Shown here piece by piece: positions 13,415-25,536 of a stretch of 64,000 nucleotides of DNA. The notes beneath the pieces are model-generated. The model was not told where the DNA came from. It saw nothing but the letters and a program-made list of their open reading frames with translations, and did not search any database. A program made the translations under genes and the position numbers. The DNA is from Anaeramoeba ignava BMAN (lineage: Eukaryota; Protista; Anaeramoebae): positions 1,054,001-1,118,000 of the forward strand of contig JAPDFW010000092.1 of assembly GCA_028826165.1 (NCBI GenBank), given 5' to 3'. Numbering within the stretch: the first letter of the stretch is position 1; each line of letters begins with the position of its first letter.

Positions 13415-13930
13415 TTTTAATATATTTTATTATAATTAAAATTGGAATAATAAATAATTAAAAATATTAATATAATAAATAAAAATATTATATCAAATTA
13501 AAATAAAATCAATCTAAATTAAATTATTATTAAATATTATTAAAATTAAATATATATTTTTATTAAAATATTTATTCCAATTTTTTTAATATATTTTATT
13601 ATAATTAAAATTGAAATAATAAATAATTAAAAAATTATTAATATAATAAATAAAAATATTATTTCAGATTAAAATAAAATAAATCTAAATTAAATTATTG
13701 TTAAATATTATTAAAATTAAATATTTATCTTTATTAAAATATTTCAATTTTCTTTTCAATTTTATTATAATTAAAATTAGAATAATAAATAATCAAAAAT
13801 ATTTAATATAATAAATAAAAATATTATATCAAATTAAAATAAAATAAATCTAAATTAAATTATTGTTAAATATTATTAAAATTAAATATATATTTTTTAT
13901 TAAAAATATTTCAATTTTCTTCTCAATTTT
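13415..13930. repeat. AT-rich tandem repeat, ~167-bp unit, 3 copies
   Basis: 'tataattaaaatt(g/a)(g/a)aataataaataa' at ~13431, 13600 and 13766. Confidence 0.8.
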
Positions 13931-14634
13931 ATTAAATTATTGGGAATAATTTTTATATTGTTTTAACTAAAGAAATGTTAATAAAATATATAAAATAGAA
14001 TTAATTTTAAGTTTAATTATTTAATATTCTTTATTCCATTTTTGAAATAAATTAATTAAAATATTTTATTAATTTTATTAAATTATTTAGAATAATTTTA
14101 TATTATTTTAAATAAAGAAATATTAATAAAATATATAAAATAAAATTAATTTTAAATTTAATTATTTAATATTCTTTATTCCATTTTTGAAATAAATTAA
14201 TTAAAATATTTTATTAATTTTATTAATTATTGGGAATAATTTTATATTATTTTTAAATAAAGAAATATTAATAAAATATATAAAATATAATTAATTTTAA
14301 ATTTAATTATTTAATATTCCTTATTCCATTTTTGAAATAAATTAATTAAAATATTTTATTAATTTTATTAAATTATTGGGAATAATTTTAGATTAATTTA
14401 AATAAAGAAATATTGATTAAATATATAAAATAAAATTAATTTTTAAATTTAATTATTTAATATTCTTTATTTCATTTTTGAAATAAATTAATTAAAATAT
14501 TTTATTAATTTTATTAAATTATTGGGAATAATTTTATATTATTTTAAATAAAGAAATATTAATAAAATATATAAAATATAATTAATTTTAAATTTAATTA
14601 TTTAATATTCTTTATTCTATTTTTGAAATAAATT
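13925..14634. repeat. AT-rich tandem satellite, ~145-bp unit, ~5 copies
   Basis: 'tgggaataat' anchor at ~13941, 14087 (variant), 14231, 14377 and 14523. Confidence 0.85.
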
Positions 14635-14960
14635 AATGAAAAGATTTTATAATTGAAAGAAAAGAAAAACAATATAAATTTCCAAAATTAATATTAATAA
14701 TGAGAAGTGAATTATATCGAGGAATGTTTTTATCTGTAACAGAAGATACTTCTAATAAAGTTAGAGATTATAGTGAATTAAGTAATAAATCATTTCAAAT
14801 ATTTGAATATTGGATTTATTCAAATCAAATTAAAGATGGAATTCAAATTACAAAAGAAATCATTAATGAAATTGAAACTGGAATTGATTATTTTCAATTA
14901 AATCAAACAAATCCAAATTTATTTGATTTATTAATTAATAAATTTAATAATCAAAATTAA
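14635..14960 (+). pseudogene. 3'-terminal fragment of a fourth RCC1-BTB copy
   Basis: Near-identical to 9704-10025 (KDFIIERKEKQYKFPKLILIMRSELYRGMF...NKFNNQN*). It begins abruptly at the end of the satellite and has no 5' part. Confidence 0.85.
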
Positions 14961-15262
14961 AATTAAAATTAAAATTAAAATTAAAATCAAAATTAAAATT
15001 AAAATTAAAATTAAAATTTAAATCAAAATTAAAATTAAAATTAAAATTTAAATCAAAATCAAAATTAAAATTTAAATTAAAATTAAAAATTTTTTTTCTT
15101 TGTTGGAATTTTTGAATCTTTATTTTTGAAAAAGAAAAGCAAAAAGAAGAAAAATTCTGATCAAAACAGAAAAACTTTTTTTTTTTTAATTGAAAAATAA
15201 ATTTTTTTCATTTCTCATTTTTTTCATTTTTTTAATCAAAAAATTCAAAACAGAAATAAAAA

Positions 15263-18200
15263 ATGAAAATTATTGAAAGAATAAAAAAACAAGAAGAAAA
15301 AAACAAAAAGCAAAAGAAATTTGAAGCATTTTTTTCATTTGAATTTTTTCCACCAAAAACAATAACAAGAATTGAAACATTATATGAGAAAATAGAAAGA
15401 TTAATAGAATTATATCCACTTTATATAGACATAACATGGGGAGCAGGAGGTTCAACAAGTGAAAAAACATTAGAAATTGCAACCAAAACACAAAAGTTTC
15501 TTGGAATTGAATCAATGATACATTTAACTTGTTCAAATATGACAAAAGAAAAAATTGATAAAACTCTTTCTCAAGCAAAACAAAATGGAATTCAAAATAT
15601 TTTAGCTTTAAGAGGAGGTTCTTTTTAAATCAAAATCAAAATGAAAATGAAAATTTTTTTTTCAATTAAATTTTCTTTTTGCTTTTTTTTTTTATAGATC
15701 CTCCTCAAGGTTATAAAGAATTTAAAGCAGTTGATTCAAGTTTTCAGCATGCGATTGATTTAGTTAAATATATTAGATCTTCTTATGGAGATTATTTTGG
15801 TATTGCTGTTGGTGGTTATCCTGAAGGTCATTCAGAAGCCAAAAGGTATTTTCCAATTACAAATTATAAATTACAAATTTAAATCAAATATTTAAATCAT
15901 AAATCAAATATTTAAATCAAATATTTAAATCATAAATCAATTATTTTAATCAAATATTTAAATCAATTATTTAAATCAAATATTTAAATCAATTATTTAA
16001 ATCATAAATCAATTATTTAAATCAAATATTTAAATCAATTATTTAAATTAAAATATTTAAATCAAATATTTAAATCAAATATTTAAATCAAATATTTAAA
16101 TTAAATATTAAAATCAAATATTTAAATCATAAATCAATTATTTTAATCAATTATTAAAATCAAATATTTAAATCAATTATTTTAATCAAATATTTAAATC
16201 AATTATTTTAATCAAATATTTAAATCAATTATTTAAATCAAATATTTAAATCATATATTTAAATCATAAATCAATTATTTAAATTAAATATTTAAATCAT
16301 AAATCAAATATTTAAATCATAAATCAAATATTTAAAATCAATTATTTAAATCAAATATATTAAAATCAAATATTTAAAATCAAATATTAAAATAGTTATG
16401 AAGAAGATTTACAACATTTAAAAGAAAAAGTTGATGCAGGTGGAGATTTTATTATAACTCAAATGTTTTTTGATACAAATATTTTTTTAAAATTTGTTCA
16501 AGATTGTAGAAATATTGGTAAATTGAAACAATTTAAAATTAAAAATTAATTCGAAAATTATTTTATAAATTTAAACAAAATTTAAAAGGAATAACTTGTC
16601 CAATAATTCCAGGAATTATGATTGTAGCTGATTATGCTGGATTTAAAAAAATGACAGATTTTACTAAAATGAGTGTTCAAAAAGAAATTATGAATAAACT
16701 TGAAAAAATAAAAGATGATAAAGTTGCAATAACAAATTTTGGAGTTGAATTTGCAATTGATATGTGTAAAAAATTAATTAATGCAAAAGTTCCTGGACTT
16801 CATTTTTATACTTTGAATAGAGATAATGTTACAAAAATTCTTGAAGGATTAGGACTTATTCAAAATTGTAGAAGTAGAAGAGAATATCCTTGGAGAAAAG
16901 TATCTATTCGCAAATTAATATTAAATCAATTATTTAATCAAATATTTTAATCAATTATTAAAATCAATTATTTAAATCAATTATTTAAATTAAATATTAA
17001 AATCAAATATTAAAATCAATTATTAAATCAAATATTTAAATCAAATATTTAAATTAAATATTTAAATCAAAATATTTAAATTAAATATTTAAATCTATTA
17101 TTTAAATCAAAAATCAAATATTAAAATCAAAATTTATTTAAATATTATTTAAATTAAATATTTAAATCAATTATTTAAATTAAATATTTAAATCAATTAT
17201 TTAAATTAAATATTTAAATCAAATATTTAAATCAAAATATTTAAATCAAAATATTTAAATCAAATATTTAAATCAATTATTTAAATTAAATATTTAAATC
17301 AATTATTTAAATCAAATATTAAAATCAAATATTAAAATCAAATATTAAAAATTAAATATTTAAATCAAAAATATTTAAATCAAATATTTAAATCAAATAT
17401 TTTAAATCATAAATCAAATATTTAAATCAATTTTTAAATTAAATATTTAAATTAAATATTAAAATCAAATATTAAATTAAATATTTAAATCAATATTTAA
17501 ATCAAATATTAAATCAAATATTAAAAATCAATTATTTAAATCAAATATTTAAATTAAATATTTAAATCAATTATTAAATCAATTATTAAATCAATATTTA
17601 AATCAATTATTAAATCAAATATTTAAATCAAATATTAAAATCGAATATTAAAAATCAAATATTTAATTTAAATCAAATATTAAATCAATTATTAAAATTA
17701 AATATTTAAATCAAATATTTAAATCAAATATTTAAATTAAATATTTAAAATCAATTATTTAAATCAATTATTTAAATCAATTATTTAAATTAAATATTTA
17801 AAATCAAATATTAAAATCAATTATTAAAATCAAATATTTAATTTAAATATTAAAATCAATTATTAAAATCAATTATTAAAATCAAAATTAAATTTAAATA
17901 TTAAAATCAATTATTTAAATCAAAAATTATATTTAAATCAAAATTATATTTAAATCAAATATTTAAATCAAATATTTAAATCTATTATTTAAATTAAATA
18001 TCTAAATCAATTATTTAAATTAAATATTTAAATTAAATATTAAAATCAAATATTAAATTAAATATTTAAATCAATATTTAAATCAAATATTAAAATCAAA
18101 ATTATATTTAAATCAAATATTTAAATCAAATATTTAAATCAAATATTTAAATTAAATATTTAAATCTAATATTAAATCAAATATTTAAATCAAATATTAA

Positions 18201-19163
18201 AATCAAATATTAAAATCAATTATTAAAATCAAATATTTAAAATTTAAAATTAAGTCTGCTCATCCAAAACGTAAAGATGAAAATGTTAGACCAATTTTCT
18301 GGAAAAATAATAGTCAAGGATACATACATTTAACAGATGATTGGGAATACTTTCCAAAACATTTTTGGAATTCAAAAGTGCAAAAACAAAAATACAAAGA
18401 AATAACAGAAGATTATTTGAAAAAATTTTATGGAATAGAAAAAGATGAAAAAGATTTACCAGAAAACATCAATTCAACAGAAGATATCACAAAATTCTTT
18501 ATTGATTATTATGAAGGAAAAAAGGATTTTTTACCTTGGAATTTAAAACCATTAGGAATTGGAAATTTAATCATTCAAGAAAATTTACTGCATTTATCAA
18601 AATTGGGATTGTTTGTGATTAATAGTCAACCAAGAATAAATGAAGCATTATCAACAGATGATGCAGTTGGATTTGGTGGATTTGGCGGATTCATTTATCA
18701 AAAAAGATATATTGAGTTTTTTATTTCGTTGGAAAAATTGAATATATTATTCAAATATATGGATCAATTCCCAAATATTACTTATCATGCAGTTAATCAT
18801 AATGGAACTAAGATTTTCACAAATGATCCTGATAAACAAACCACCACTGTTTGTTGGGGTGCTTTTGGTTGCGGTGAAATCCAACAACCTCTTATTGTTG
18901 ATCCTATTTGTTTTGAAACTATTTGGAAAAATGAAGCTTTTGGAATTTGGACTAATGTTTTTGGTCAATATTACAAAAAAGATTCTACTTCTTTTAAGAT
19001 TCTTCAAGATATTCATGATAATTATTTCTTGATGAATATTATTGACCATGATTTTGTTACTCCATCTCAAGTAGGAAGAAGTGTTTGGCAATTATTTCTG
19101 ATTTTGGAAAACCATCTTTCTAATCAAAATCAAAATCAAAATCAAAATCAAAATCAAAATTAA
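15263..19163 (+). CDS. MTHFR: Methylenetetrahydrofolate reductase, eukaryotic type with C-terminal regulatory domain; 5 exons (15263-15617, 15698-15845, 16396-16517, 16589-16899, 18255-19163)
   Basis: [90 protein letters not shown] and INSQP. All joins are GT-AG and in frame. Confidence 0.95.
15860..16390. repeat. Intronic ~13-bp minisatellite (AAATCAAATATTT / AAATCAATTATTT)
   Basis: Fills MTHFR intron 2. Confidence 0.85.
16915..18250. repeat. Intronic ~13-bp minisatellite, same family as intron 2
   Basis: Fills the 1.35-kb MTHFR intron 4. Confidence 0.85.
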
Positions 19164-19283
19164 AATTAAAATCAAAATTAAAATTAAAATTAAATTCAAA
19201 TTCAAAAATCAAAATCAAAATCAAAATTAAAATTAAAATCAAAATTAAAATCAAAATCAAAATCAAAAATTAAAAATTTTTTA

Positions 19284-20464
19284 TTAATGAACTGAAATAT
19301 TTTGAATAGAAAGATTAATTGTTGTTAAATCTGGATTTTTTGAATAATCAATCTGAAGAATAGCTGCAGAAATTTCACCAGTTTTTTGAGAGAAAAAAAT
19401 ATCAAAATCTGTTCCAAGATTTGGAATTTTTTGTTGAATCTGTTCAATAAAAATTGGAATTGTAAATTGAGAATAAACTTCAAATTGATTTTTTGGATCT
19501 CCTCCTTCATGAGTTTTGGTAAGTGAATAAAGTGAGTCTTTGCAAGAAGCTTGATTTTTAAAAATTGATGCAGGTAAATTTAATTTGGAGATATTTGGAT
19601 CAGAAGAAGGAATTAAGAAGAAATTTAAACTTTTATTTCCAACAGAAAAATATTCATTGAAAAACCAATAATTTTTTGAAATATTTTGAAATTGTTGATG
19701 ATGATCTGAAATATTTGTGATCGATAAATTTGCAGAATATTGATTTGGAAGCGATTTTGAGTAATCGAACTGAGTTAATTGGAATTGAAATGATTGATTT
19801 CCTTTTTGGATTGAGATATTTACAAATTCAGTTAGAGTTGGATTACTGAATGAATAAGAATCAAAACGAGAATTATAATCATATTGTAAACAATGTTTTC
19901 CGTATCCTCTTGGTGAATCTAGACAGCAAAGAACATATTTTTCATCTCCGTTTTCTGTAGGCGGTTGATTTGAAATTTCAGAACATGATCCAATATCAAA
20001 AGATAACGGACATGATTCATCATATTCAAAATTCTCATAAACATTGAAAAATGTTTGAGAAAAACTTAAAGGCCAAAAAACTAATGATGGAATTCTTTGT
20101 ATTGTTATTAATATTGATTCATCTAGAAAATATTCTTGTGATTCTGATTCAAATGATTCAAATTTTTCAAAAAAGAATAAATGATCACAATCTTGAGTTA
20201 TTTCAACATTCAATTCTGTTAAACAACTAAAAAATTTTTATATCAAATCAATTAAATTTTAATTTAATTTTAATTCAATTTAGATTTAAATTTAGATTTA
20301 GATTTTTTTAGATCAATTTGATCTCATTTTTTTTTTTACATTTCATTTCCATTAATTTCTTCACAAATTGGTTTTTTCCAAGATTCCAAATTACATAAAG
20401 AAAAAAGAGGAAAATGAAAAAAAATTAATATTAAATTGAAACAATTCAAAATGGAAAAAATCAT
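19284..20464 (-). CDS. Divergent HAP2/GCS1 (fusexin)-like protein: signal peptide + domains I/II only, ~355 aa; exons 20464-20340 and 20226-19284
   Basis: Hydrophobic N-terminus MIFSILNCFNLILIFFHFPLFSLC. Colinear HAP2-like motifs: C-x8-C then LNVEI, ILITIQR..LVFWPLSF, VLCC..R..KHCLQYD...FDSYSF, NFFLIP...SKLNLPASIFKNQASC...KNQF, and terminal TTINLSIQ. Confidence 0.7.
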
Positions 20465-20692
20465 GAAATAAAAAATGATTAAAAAAAAAATGGAAAATTT
20501 TTCTTCCCAAAATAATAATGAATATTTAAATTTAATTTAATTTAAATTTAATTTGATTTTAATTTGATTTTAATTTGATTTGAATTTAAATTGAGTAAAA
20601 TTTAAATTGAGTAAAATTTGATAAAAAAAAATTCTCAATTCTCAATTTTCATTTTTCATTTTTCATTTTATTCGAATTAAGAACAAAAAAAA

Positions 20693-21817
20693 ATGTATGA
20701 CGAATATTCACCGGAAGCAATTATAATGGATAACGGAAGCTTTGAAATACGAACAGGATTTGCAGGAGATGATGCCCCTAAAGTAATCACACGAAATATT
20801 GTGGGAAATCTAATAAACGAAACAAACTTAAATGATATTAACAAAACAGAATACATTGGAAATGAAACTCAATCAAAAAGAGAAATATTAAATTTAACTT
20901 ATCCAATTCAAAGAGGAATTATTCAAGATTGGGATAATATGGAGAAAATTTGGAATTACATTTTTACTTCTCAATTAAAAGTTGATCCAAAAAATCATCC
21001 ATTTATGATGAATGATATTCCATTTAGCTCAAAATCTTCAAAAGAAAAAATATGTCAAATTATGTTTGAAACATTTGATTTTCCATCATTTTATATGAAA
21101 AATTCAACAAATTTAGCGTTATATTCATCAGGAAGAGTAACAGGAATAGTTTTTGATATTGGACATGGAATTACAAGTCTTGAACCGATTTATGAAGGAC
21201 ATGAAATTACACAAGGATTTGACAAATATAATATTTCAGGAATTGACGTAACTGATTATTTAATCAAATTAGTTGAAAATCAAGGATATTCATTTAAAAC
21301 AAGCAATGAAATTGAAATTGCAAGAGAAATCAAAGAAAAATTATGTTTTTGTTCACTAAATTATGAAGAAGAATTAAAAGGAAATCAAAATGAACTAGAA
21401 AAAGAATATGAATTAAAAAATGGAGATATTATCACAATTTCAGAAGAAAGAATGAAATGTTGTGAATGTTTATTTAATCCAAAATTAATTGGAGTTGATC
21501 TAGAAGGAATTCATAAATTGATTTATAATTCAATTATGGAATGTGATATTGATCTCAGAAAAGATCTTTTTGAAAATATTGTTTTATCAGGAGGAACAAC
21601 ATTAATTCCAAATTTTAATGAAAGACTTAAAAAAGAAATTGAGTTGTTAGCTCCTAAACAAACAAAAATTCATATTGTTTCAGTTCCTGAACGTAAATTT
21701 TTAACTTGGATTGGTGGATCTATTTTAGGATCATTAACTGCTTATAAAAATATGTGGATTCCCAAAGAAGACTATGAAGAATATGGACCAAGTATTGTTG
21801 ATCGGAGATTCTATTAA
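20693..21817 (+). CDS. Divergent actin / actin-related protein (374 aa, intronless)
   Basis: IIMDNGS...[67 protein letters not shown] and [10 protein letters not shown]. Many substitutions relative to conventional actin. Confidence 0.93.
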   Translation: MYDEYSPEAIIMDNGSFEIRTGFAGDDAPKVITRNIVGNLINETNLNDINKTEYIGNETQSKREILNLTYPIQRGIIQDWDNMEKIWNYIFTSQLKVDPKNHPFMMNDIPFSSKSSKEKICQIMFETFDFPSFYMKNSTNLALYSSGRVTGIVFDIGHGITSLEPIYEGHEITQGFDKYNISGIDVTDYLIKLVENQGYSFKTSNEIEIAREIKEKLCFCSLNYEEELKGNQNELEKEYELKNGDIITISEERMKCCECLFNPKLIGVDLEGIHKLIYNSIMECDIDLRKDLFENIVLSGGTTLIPNFNERLKKEIELLAPKQTKIHIVSVPERKFLTWIGGSILGSLTAYKNMWIPKEDYEEYGPSIVDRRFY

Positions 21818-21884
21818 ATTCATTTTCATTTTCATTTTCATTTTCATTTTTTAAATCAAAATTAATATAAATCCACTTCAATTT

Positions 21885-22570
21885 TATTTTAGATCTATTT
21901 GAGATTTATTTTTAAATTTTGATTTAAATTTATTTTTAGATTTGTTCCAATTATTATTTATTTTAGATTTTATTTGAGATTTGTTTTAGATTTATTTTAA
22001 ATTTTATTTTAAATTTTAATTTTGGATTTGTTCCAATTATTATTGATTTTAGATTTATTTGAGATTTTATTTTAAATTTGATTTTTGGATTTGTTCCAAT
22101 TATTATTTATTTTGAATTTATTTGAGATTTTATTTTAAATTTGATTTTTGGATTTGTTCCAATTATTATTTATTTTAAATTTATTTGAGATTTATTTTTA
22201 AATTTTATTTTTAGATTTGTTCCAATTATTATTTATTTTAGATTTATTTTAAATTTTGATTTAAATTTGATTTTTAGATTTGTTCTAATTATTATTTATT
22301 TTAAATTTATTTGAGATTAATTTTAAATTTGATTTTTGGATTTGTTCCAATTATTATTTATTTTAGATTTATTTGAGATTTGATTTTAAATTTGATTTTT
22401 AGATTTGTTCCAATTATTATTTATTTTAGATTTATTTGAGATTTGATTTTGGATTTGATTTTTGGATTTGATTTTAGATTTGTTCCAATTATTATTGATT
22501 TTAGATTTATTTGAGATTTTATTTTAAATTTTAATTTTGGATTTGTTCCAATTATTATTGATTTTAGATC
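21885..22570. repeat. ~63-bp tandem minisatellite, ~10 copies
   Basis: 'gatttgttccaattatta' recurs at ~21940, 22026, 22089, 22151, 22214, 22277 (variant), 22339, 22402, 22477 and 22540. Confidence 0.85.
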
Positions 22571-23284
22571 TCCTTTTTTATTTTATTTTTATTTTATTTT
22601 TAAATTCGAATGAAAAAAAATATTTTAACAAAAAAATAATTATTCTTCTTTTTATTTTTATTCTCCTTTTTTAGAGATTTAATTTTAATTTTAAATTTTA
22701 AACAAATTTTTAAATTAAATTTAGTATTAATTCCTTTATAATTTTAATTTAATTCTTTAATTTTTATTTTAATTTAATTTAATTTAATTAAAAAAAAAAT
22801 TTTTTTATTTATTTGGGCAAATTAAAAATAAAAAAAAAAAAATTAAAAAAATTTTTTTTGATTTCATTTTCCCATTTTTTTTTTCTTTCTTTTTTAAAAA
22901 AACACATATTTCTATTAAGTAAACTTAATTTTAAACTTAATTTTAAAAATAATTTATAATTTAATTTATAAATTAAAAAAAATTATTTATAAATTAATTT
23001 AAAATTAACTTAATTCACAAAAATATTAACTAACTTTAATTTATTTTAATTCATTTAATTATTAATTTAAATTTTTTTTTTTAAAAAATTTTTTTTTTCT
23101 TTTAAATTTTCTGAATGTTTACAAAACAAAAACACATTTATCTCAAAATTTAAACAATTTGAAAAAAAAATGAAATTAACATTTGACATTGGAACAACAA
23201 AAAACAAAAACAAAATAACAAAAAAACAAAAAACAAAAACAAAAAATGTTCAAATAAATTGTTATAAATAAAAGAAAATTAAAA

Positions 23285-25171
23285 ATGACCCGTTTCAAGT
23301 TAGTTTGTATTGGTGACGGAGCAACAGGAAAAACATGCATGCTTATTACATACGCAAAGAATAAGTGCGTTCATTATTTATTTTTTTTCACTAATTTAAT
23401 TTTAATTTTAATTTTAATTTTGATTTTAATTTTAATTTTAATTTTAATTTTGAATTTTAATTTAAATTTTAATTTTAATTTTAATTTTAATTTTAATTTT
23501 AATTTTAATTTTAATTTTAATTTTAATTTTAATTTTAATTTTAATTTTTAAATTTAATTTTAAATTTTAATTTTAATTTTAATTTTAATTTTAATTTTAA
23601 TTTTGATTTTTAATTTTAAATTTTAATTTTAATTTTAATTTTAATTTTAATTTTAATTTCAAAATTTAATTTTAATTTTAATTTCAAAATTTAATTTTAA
23701 TTTTAATTTTAATTTGATTTTTAATTTTAAATTTTAATTTTAATTTTAATTTTAAATTTTAATTTTAATTTTTAATTTTAAATTTAAATTTAATTTTAAT
23801 TTTAATTTTAAAATTTTGAACAATATGTTTTACTGTTTTTAAGAATAATGTTAATTGATAATTTTAAATTTAAGGGAGAATTTTTAATTTTAAATTTTAA
23901 TTTTAATTTTAATTTTAATTTTATTTTTCAATTTTATTAAAAATTAAATTTAAATTTAAATTTAAATTTAATTTAAATTTAAATTTAAATTTTAATTAAA
24001 AAATTTTTAAATTTTAAATAAAAATTTTTAAAAATTTTAATTTAAATATAAATTTTAATTTTAATTATAAATTTTAAATTTAAATTTAAATTTTAATTTT
24101 AAATTTAATTAAAATTTAAATTTCAAAATTTAAAGATAAAATATAAAACAATATGTTCCTACTGTTTTTATAAAATTATGTTAGTGATGTTGAACTTGAA
24201 GGAGAGAATATAAAAATTAAGTCTTTGGGATAATAAAAATAAATATAAATTTTTATTTTATTATTTTATTAAAAATATAAATATAAATATAAATATAAAT
24301 AAATATAAATATAAATATAAATATAAATATAAATATAAATATAAATATAAATATAAATATAAATATAAATATAAATATAAATATAAATATAAATATAAAT
24401 ATAAATATAAATATAAATATAAATATTCCAAATAAATATAAATATAAATATAAATATAAATATAAACATAAATAAATATAAAAATTTAATTAATAAATAG
24501 GTCAGGATGATTATGATCGACTTCGTCCTCTTAGTTATCCCGATTCACATGTTATTTTGATTGGATATGCTATTGATAATCATGTTTCATTTAATAATGT
24601 TAAAGAAAAAGTAAAAATTCAATTAAATTAAAAATTCAATTAAATTAAAAATTCAAAATTTCAAATGAAAAATTCAAAATTAAAAATTAAAAATTCAAAA
24701 TTAAATTAATTAAATTAAAATAATAGTGGCAACCAGAAGTTCTTCATTTCTGCCCAAAAACTCCAATTATTTTAGTTGGATTGAAAATTGATCTTCGAGG
24801 TGATCCTGAAACTCTTGAAAGATTGAAAAAGAGAAATGAAAACATTATTTCAAGTGATCAAGTAAATTCAAAATTAATTAAATTTAAATTAATAATTAAA
24901 ATTTGAAAATTAATTAAAATTCATTTTGAAAATTAATTAAAATTTATTTTAAATTTAAAAATTAATAATTAAAATTTATTTTGAAAATTAATTAAAATTC
25001 ATTTTGAAAATTAAAAAATAAAAGGGAAAACAACTTGCAACTGAAATTAATGCTTTCTCATATATTGAATGTTCAGCAAAAACAAGAGAAAATTTAAAAG
25101 ATGTTTTCCAAGAATCTGTACGAGCAGCCAAATCAAGAAAATCTTCAGGTGGAAAGTGTATTCTTCTGTGA
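23285..25171 (+). CDS. Rho-family small GTPase; 5 exons, exon 2 (~24140-24235) corrupted
   Basis: [30 protein letters not shown]...[55 protein letters not shown], and C-terminal CaaX CILL*. Confidence 0.9.
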
Positions 25172-25536
25172 ATTCTTTTGATTTTGATTTTGATTTGATT
25201 TTGATTTGATTTGATTTTTGATCCAAACAAAAATATTTTTGGCATTTTTTTTTTCATTCATTTTTATCAGTTTTTTTTTTTTTTGGATTCCTTCATTCTT
25301 TCTTTCAAAAATATATCCCTGTTTCATTGCCAAGAGCAAAAAAAAAACTTTTTTTTTTCCGTTTAATTTGAAATTTTTTTTTTTTCTATTTTCTGAGACT
25401 TTTTTTTTTTTGAAACTTCGATAAAATTCTCAAAAAAAAAAAACTCAAAACAAAATTATTTTTTTCTTTTTGGAATTTTTCATTTCTTTTTCTTTTTGTT
25501 TTTTGTTTTTGAAAAGAAAAAAAAAGAAGAATGAAA

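Noticed and set aside
21885-22570. CRISPR-like array (constant word with intervening sequence)
   Set aside because: The intervening sequences are themselves repeated, there are no unique spacers or cas genes, and the context is eukaryotic
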